64,000 nucleotides of DNA. Origin: Nitrospirota bacterium (GTDB lineage: Bacteria; Nitrospirota; UBA9217). The position numbers were made by a program, and so were the translations under genes. Below are positions 59,757 to 64,000 of the stretch, piece after piece. Under the pieces are notes generated by a model, which ran no database searches, was not told the origin of the DNA, and saw only the letters and a list, made by a program, of their open reading frames with translations. How positions within the stretch are numbered: the first letter of the stretch is position 1; every line of letters begins with the position of its first letter. The DNA is taken from assembly GCA_963840455.1 (NCBI GenBank), contig CAWIYV010000009.1, positions 376,712-440,711 on the forward strand. Direction: 5' to 3'.

Positions 59757-60599
59757 ATGAGCGATCAAGTGGAAAAGAACATCGCTGCTCCCGTCTGACC
59801 GCCTAAAGGCGGCACTGGAGGTTGCCGACTGGATATTCCCGCGAAGCTCCCGGTTGATGCGCCCGCGGACCTGGAGGAGATCAGAAAAGCCATACGGAGC
59901 AAGTACGCTGAGGTCTCCGTATCAGCAGCAGGAAAATTCTCCTATCCCACAGGCAGGGAGGGAGCAGCGGCCCTGGGGTATGACCCGGCGATCATCGGAC
60001 GTGCGCCCGCGCGAATCTTCGAATCATCGTGCGGGGTCGGCAATCCGTTCTCCCTGGGCGCTATCCGGACAGGAGAGTCGGTGCTGGATATCGGGTGCGG
60101 AGGCGGTCTTGATCTGTTCGTTGCCGCAACGTTGGTGGGCGAGAGCGGCCGTGTCTCGGGGATCGATCTGACGGAAGACATGGTCCGGCGAGCACAGGAG
60201 AACCTTACGCTCGCCGGCATGAAGAACGTTGAGGTCACGAAGGTCGATTCGGACATCATCCCCCATGCGGATCATACCTTTGATGTCGTACTCTCGAACG
60301 GCGTCATAAACCTGTCCCCGCGCAAGGAGATCGTCTTCCGGGAGATCTATCGTGTCCTGAAACCCCGAGGAAGGCTGCAATTCGCCGATGTTGTCCTGGA
60401 GAACGAACTGCCGTTGTCGCTCGCAGGCAGCGCCGAAGCGTGGTCACAATGAATCGGCGGCGCGATCCCGGTCGGGGATCAGGTGCGGCTGCTGAGAACC
60501 GCCGGTTTTGAAGATGTTGCATGGCTGGGAATGACCGACTTCCGGTCGTCACCCTACACGGTCGGTGCGTTGTTCAAGGCGAGGAAGCCAAAGAAGTAA
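59757..60599 (+). CDS. ArsM-like SAM methyltransferase, predicted selenoprotein (Sec14, Sec232)
   Basis: One frame with TGA at 59796 and 60450. KY.EVS...F.YPTGR...LGY...CGVGNPF, VLDIGCGGG.D, WSQ-U-IGGA...AGF. A hairpin starts 11 nt after each TGA. Confidence 0.82.
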
Positions 60600-60656
60600 C
60601 ATTTCCAAACGGTGTCAAATCTTTACCGTTGACATGGATGGCCGCGGATACTCCCA

Positions 60657-61064
60657 ATGCATTATCTCATCAGAAGTTTCCTTGTCTGGCTGCTGTTCAT
60701 CCCGATGGCGATAGCGAACGGCGCGCTGCGGGACCTCGTGCTCACCTCGGCGCTGGGCGACACGCTGGGACGGACTGTCAGTTCGCTGACGCTATCACTC
60801 CTGATCTTCGGCCTGACGCTGCTCCTGGTGGACCGTCTCGGTGTCAACACGCGGGCGGGGTATCTGGTGGTGGGCGCGTTCTGGCTGGTCCTGACGCTGC
60901 TCTTCGAGGTGTCGTTCGCCCTGCTGGTGATGGGCCATCCCATGGACGAGCTGCTGCATGACTATGATATCTTTCGAGGTAGGCTGTGGCTGATCGCGCT
61001 GGCGACGACATTCTTCGCGCCGCTCCTTGCCGGCAAGATGAGAAAGCGACTACACACCGACTGA
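60657..61064 (+). CDS. Hypothetical membrane protein
   Basis: AIANGALRD...W.VLTLLFE...LL.DYDI.RGRLW; about four TM segments. Confidence 0.8.
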   Translation: MHYLIRSFLVWLLFIPMAIANGALRDLVLTSALGDTLGRTVSSLTLSLLIFGLTLLLVDRLGVNTRAGYLVVGAFWLVLTLLFEVSFALLVMGHPMDELLHDYDIFRGRLWLIALATTFFAPLLAGKMRKRLHTD

Positions 61065-61162
61065 GGGGGTCAGATCTTTACCGTTGACATAACTTCACCG
61101 TTCTTCCTGCGATTGCCTCCATCGGACTTTTCCACCCCGTTGTCGTCCAGCTCAAGGGGTAT

Positions 61163-61432
61163 TTGCTGGCCTTCGTGATCCCCCCTGCGGCCCTGGTCTT
61201 TGGCGCAGTGGGAGGCCATTTTCTCGGAACGTATGCCGGTTTCCCGGCGCTTGATATTATCGCGGGTTTCTTCTCGCTGATTGTGGTCTCCTGCTTCTCA
61301 TTGAAACGGTTAAAGCGCCTGGATGCTTCAAATTCGATCCAGATCGTGGATGTGCTTGTCGATCCCTGGAACCCAGCGTGCACGGGACCCGTTGAGGAGA
61401 CGATCCCCGATCACTTCGTTTCAACCTGCTAG
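61163..61432 (+). pseudogene. Possible RseC/MucC-like C-terminal fragment
   Basis: YLLAFVIP.AALVFGAVGG plus a second TM segment. No N-terminus or RBS. Confidence 0.35.
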
Positions 61433-61644
61433 TTGTTCGACCGCAGAGCTGCTGCAGCGTCTCGGTCAGCCTGATGTGTCCGTCGATCCCCAGCCGGCAG
61501 CAGCTCCGTACATTCAGTGCTTTGAGTTGTGCTTTGGCTCTTTCCCTGGCCCGTCCTCTCCGCAGAGAATATGAAATTGAGGTATAATTAAAGTAACAAA
61601 GGGCGTAGTGCGAATGGGGACTTGTTGCAGGAAAGGAGGCACGT

Positions 61645-61794
61645 ATGCTTTGGACAATTTTTGTGATTCTCGTTGTATTATGGCTTCTGGGCCTGGTCAG
61701 CGGCTACACGATCGGCGGATATATCCATTTCCTTCTGGTTCTTGCCATCGTTGTCGTGCTGATCAGAGTCATTTCAGGACGCCGACCCGTCTGA
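61645..61794 (+). CDS. Small lmo0937/DUF5670-like membrane protein (49 aa)
   Basis: AAGGAGG RBS; MLWTIFVILVVLWLLGLVSGYTIGGYIHFLLVLAIVVVLIRVISGRRPV. Below the ORF-track size cutoff. Confidence 0.85.
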   Translation: MLWTIFVILVVLWLLGLVSGYTIGGYIHFLLVLAIVVVLIRVISGRRPV

Positions 61795-61856
61795 CGGTAT
61801 CTGATGAATCTTCGGGGGAGCATCTGAGAGTCAGGGCTTGCGGCCCTTCCGTCGCC

Positions 61857-62008
61857 ATGTGGCAGCAGAATGGTGACTCCACCAACTCTTCAATAAAGAA
61901 ATGGCACGGAAGGACCGGCCATCTGTTCCAGGGGAGATGCAAATCTATACTGATCAGAACGACAGCCATCTTCTCGAAGTCTGCTGATACGTCGTATTGA
62001 ATCCGGTC
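61857..62008 (+). mobile_element. Remnant of a Y1/REP-associated tyrosine transposase
   Basis: HGRTGHLFQGR.KSILI followed, after a shift, by NDSHLLEVC*YVVLNPV. Confidence 0.7.
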
Positions 62009-62185
62009 AATAAAAGACCTGACACGCAATGCTCCTTCCGATCGCTTCCCTCTTATCTGATCTGCCCCGCCCGATTGTGATCCGGATCACAAAAAAACAT
62101 ACCCTGCTGCCGTAACATATTGACACAGTACGATATTTTGTCCCGGCCGCTTCGCCCTGCGTGCGGGAAATCTGACGAGGTAGTC

Positions 62186-63976
62186 ATGCGCAAACCTAAC
62201 TCTATTCAAATTTTGAAAATGGCCGCAGTTCTGGCCGCTATCGGATTGCTCGTGGCAGGAGTATATGCTTGGAAGTGGTATCAGACCAACGAGAAGAGCC
62301 GGATCAGCTACACGGTGTTCATCGACAAGGTTAATTCCGGAGAGATCATCAAGGTCAGGATGGAAGGCGATGCCATCACCGCAGAGGCGGGATCGGGGGC
62401 GCAGTTCCACCTTATCCGTCCGATGGATGCCGACGTGTCGAAGCTGCTCCTTAAGAAGCACATAGATCTTTCCGCAAAATCTGCCTCCTCGGCGACGGGA
62501 TGGGTCCAGGCAGGTTTAGTTCTTGTGATGTTCGTACCCTTTTTCTTCATCCTGAAAAGGCTGGCCGTGTTCAATCGCAGCAAGGCGAAGCTCGCCGACG
62601 GAGCGCACTCGCAGACATTATTCACTGATGTTGCCGGTGTCGAAGAGGCAAAGGTCGACCTGCTCGAAACGGTCGAGTTTTTGAAAGATCCGAAGCGGTT
62701 CGCGAGGCTCGGCGGGAAAATGCCGACCGGCGTTCTGCTCGTGGGACCTCCGGGAACGGGGAAAACGCTCCTTGCGAGGGCAGCGGCAGGTGAAGCAGGG
62801 GTGCCGTTCTTTTCCATGTCCGCGTCGGAGTTCGTCGAGCTGTATGTGGGGGTCGGCGCATCCCGAGTCAGGGACCTCTTTGCCCAGGGGAAGAAAGCGT
62901 CTCCCTGCATCATCTTCATCGATGAGCTCGATGCCGTGGGACGCAAACGAGGTTCCGGGGGTAACGGGGCGAGCGACGAGCGGGACCAGACGCTGAACCA
63001 GCTCCTGGTGGAAATGGACGGGTTCACTGTGAATCCGGGCATCGTCGTCATCGCAGCCACCAACCGGCCAGAGATCCTGGACCCGGCACTGCTCCGCCCC
63101 GGGCGCTTCGACCGTCAAGTGGCTGTCGGCGCCCCGGATATCAGGGGACGTGAGGAGATCCTGAAGGTCCATACACGCACGGTTCCGCTCGGACCGGGGG
63201 TCGATCTGCGGATCATAGCTCGGGGAACGCCGGGGTTCTCAGGAGCCGACCTCGCCAATGTCGTGAACGAAGCGGCGATCCGCGCCGCAAGATCGAACAA
63301 GCCTGTCGTTGAAATGGCCGATCTCGAAACTGCAAAAGATAAGGTCCTGATGGGCGCGGAGAGGAAGTCCATGGTGCTCTCGGACAAAATAAAATTGAGC
63401 ACCGCCTGGCATGAGGCGGGCCACGTCATGGTCGCGAAGCTCGTGGCGGGGTGCGAACCCGTACACAAGGTATCGATCATTCCCCGGGGACGGGCTCTCG
63501 GTGTCACGGTCCAGATCCCCGAAGAGGACATCCACTGCTATACAAAGGAGATGCTTGTCTGTCATATCAAGGTGCTAATGGGAGGCCGCGCAGCAGAGGA
63601 CCTGGTCTACGGAACGACGACCACCGGAGCGGGCAATGATCTTGCCCGGGCAACGGACATGGCGCGCAAGATGGTGTGCGAATGGGGCATGTCTGAGGCA
63701 TTCGGCCCGGTCGCGTTCGGCCATTTTGATGCTCCTGCATCGGCCGAGGCCGGCTCTTCGAATACGAACCACTTCAGCGATGCCACCGCAGTCGAGATCG
63801 ACTCGGAGATACGGTCGATCGTGACAGCGGCTTACGCCGAGGTCCGGAACCTTCTCGAATCGCACATGAATGCCATGAAGCGTCTTGTCGAAGAACTCAT
63901 TGTCAATGAAACACTGAGCAACTCCGAGATCGATGCCATCATTGAACCGTTTCTCGGAACTGTTTGTACGCGATAA
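62186..63976 (+). CDS. ftsH: ATP-dependent zinc metalloprotease FtsH
   Basis: Two TM segments; [32 protein letters not shown]. Confidence 0.95.
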   Translation: MRKPNSIQILKMAAVLAAIGLLVAGVYAWKWYQTNEKSRISYTVFIDKVNSGEIIKVRMEGDAITAEAGSGAQFHLIRPMDADVSKLLLKKHIDLSAKSASSATGWVQAGLVLVMFVPFFFILKRLAVFNRSKAKLADGAHSQTLFTDVAGVEEAKVDLLETVEFLKDPKRFARLGGKMPTGVLLVGPPGTGKTLLARAAAGEAGVPFFSMSASEFVELYVGVGASRVRDLFAQGKKASPCIIFIDELDAVGRKRGSGGNGASDERDQTLNQLLVEMDGFTVNPGIVVIAATNRPEILDPALLRPGRFDRQVAVGAPDIRGREEILKVHTRTVPLGPGVDLRIIARGTPGFSGADLANVVNEAAIRAARSNKPVVEMADLETAKDKVLMGAERKSMVLSDKIKLSTAWHEAGHVMVAKLVAGCEPVHKVSIIPRGRALGVTVQIPEEDIHCYTKEMLVCHIKVLMGGRAAEDLVYGTTTTGAGNDLARATDMARKMVCEWGMSEAFGPVAFGHFDAPASAEAGSSNTNHFSDATAVEIDSEIRSIVTAAYAEVRNLLESHMNAMKRLVEELIVNETLSNSEIDAIIEPFLGTVCTR

Positions 63977-64000
63977 AAGGCCAGAGCATCTTAGCGTCAG

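Noticed and set aside
60521-60961. ORF overlapping the methyltransferase tail and the membrane gene
   Set aside because: A shadow frame. The region is explained by the read-through C-terminus (to 60599) and the CDS at 60657-61064.

Overview
GC-rich bacterial chromosome segment from an anaerobic sulfite/sulfate reducer (gene style suggests Nitrospirota or Desulfobacterota; inference). The centre is a reductive-type dissimilatory sulfite reductase cluster: dsrAB-dsrD-dsrN-hyp-dsrC-fdx-dsrH/E/F-like-dsrT-dsrMKJOP. Around it lie housekeeping genes (dksA, rlpA, pepA, uvrBC, ispDF, cysE, ftsH), two-component systems, an SLC5-kinase/DUF294/DEDDh module, and a degraded IS3 next to tRNA-Met. The main signal missed by the ORF track is a UGA-recoding layer. 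(1) A 95-nt tRNA with anticodon UCA, a tRNA-Sec-like body, an 8/4 fold and a U73 discriminator (12728-12822) sits inside a LysR / rhodanese / HTH-less LysR / DsrE / YedF-like locus. (2) Two predicted double-UGA selenoproteins, an exported U-x-U rhodanese (58705-59118) and an ArsM-like methyltransferase (59757-60599), cluster with a c7 cytochrome and an exported DsrE-like protein. Also noted: strongly structured RNA elements in dsr intergenic regions, a sigma54-like promoter with paired palindromes upstream of dsrA, and a palindromic 11-bp-phased repeat array. Several frameshifts may be sequencing errors. All calls were made by eye, without database searches.
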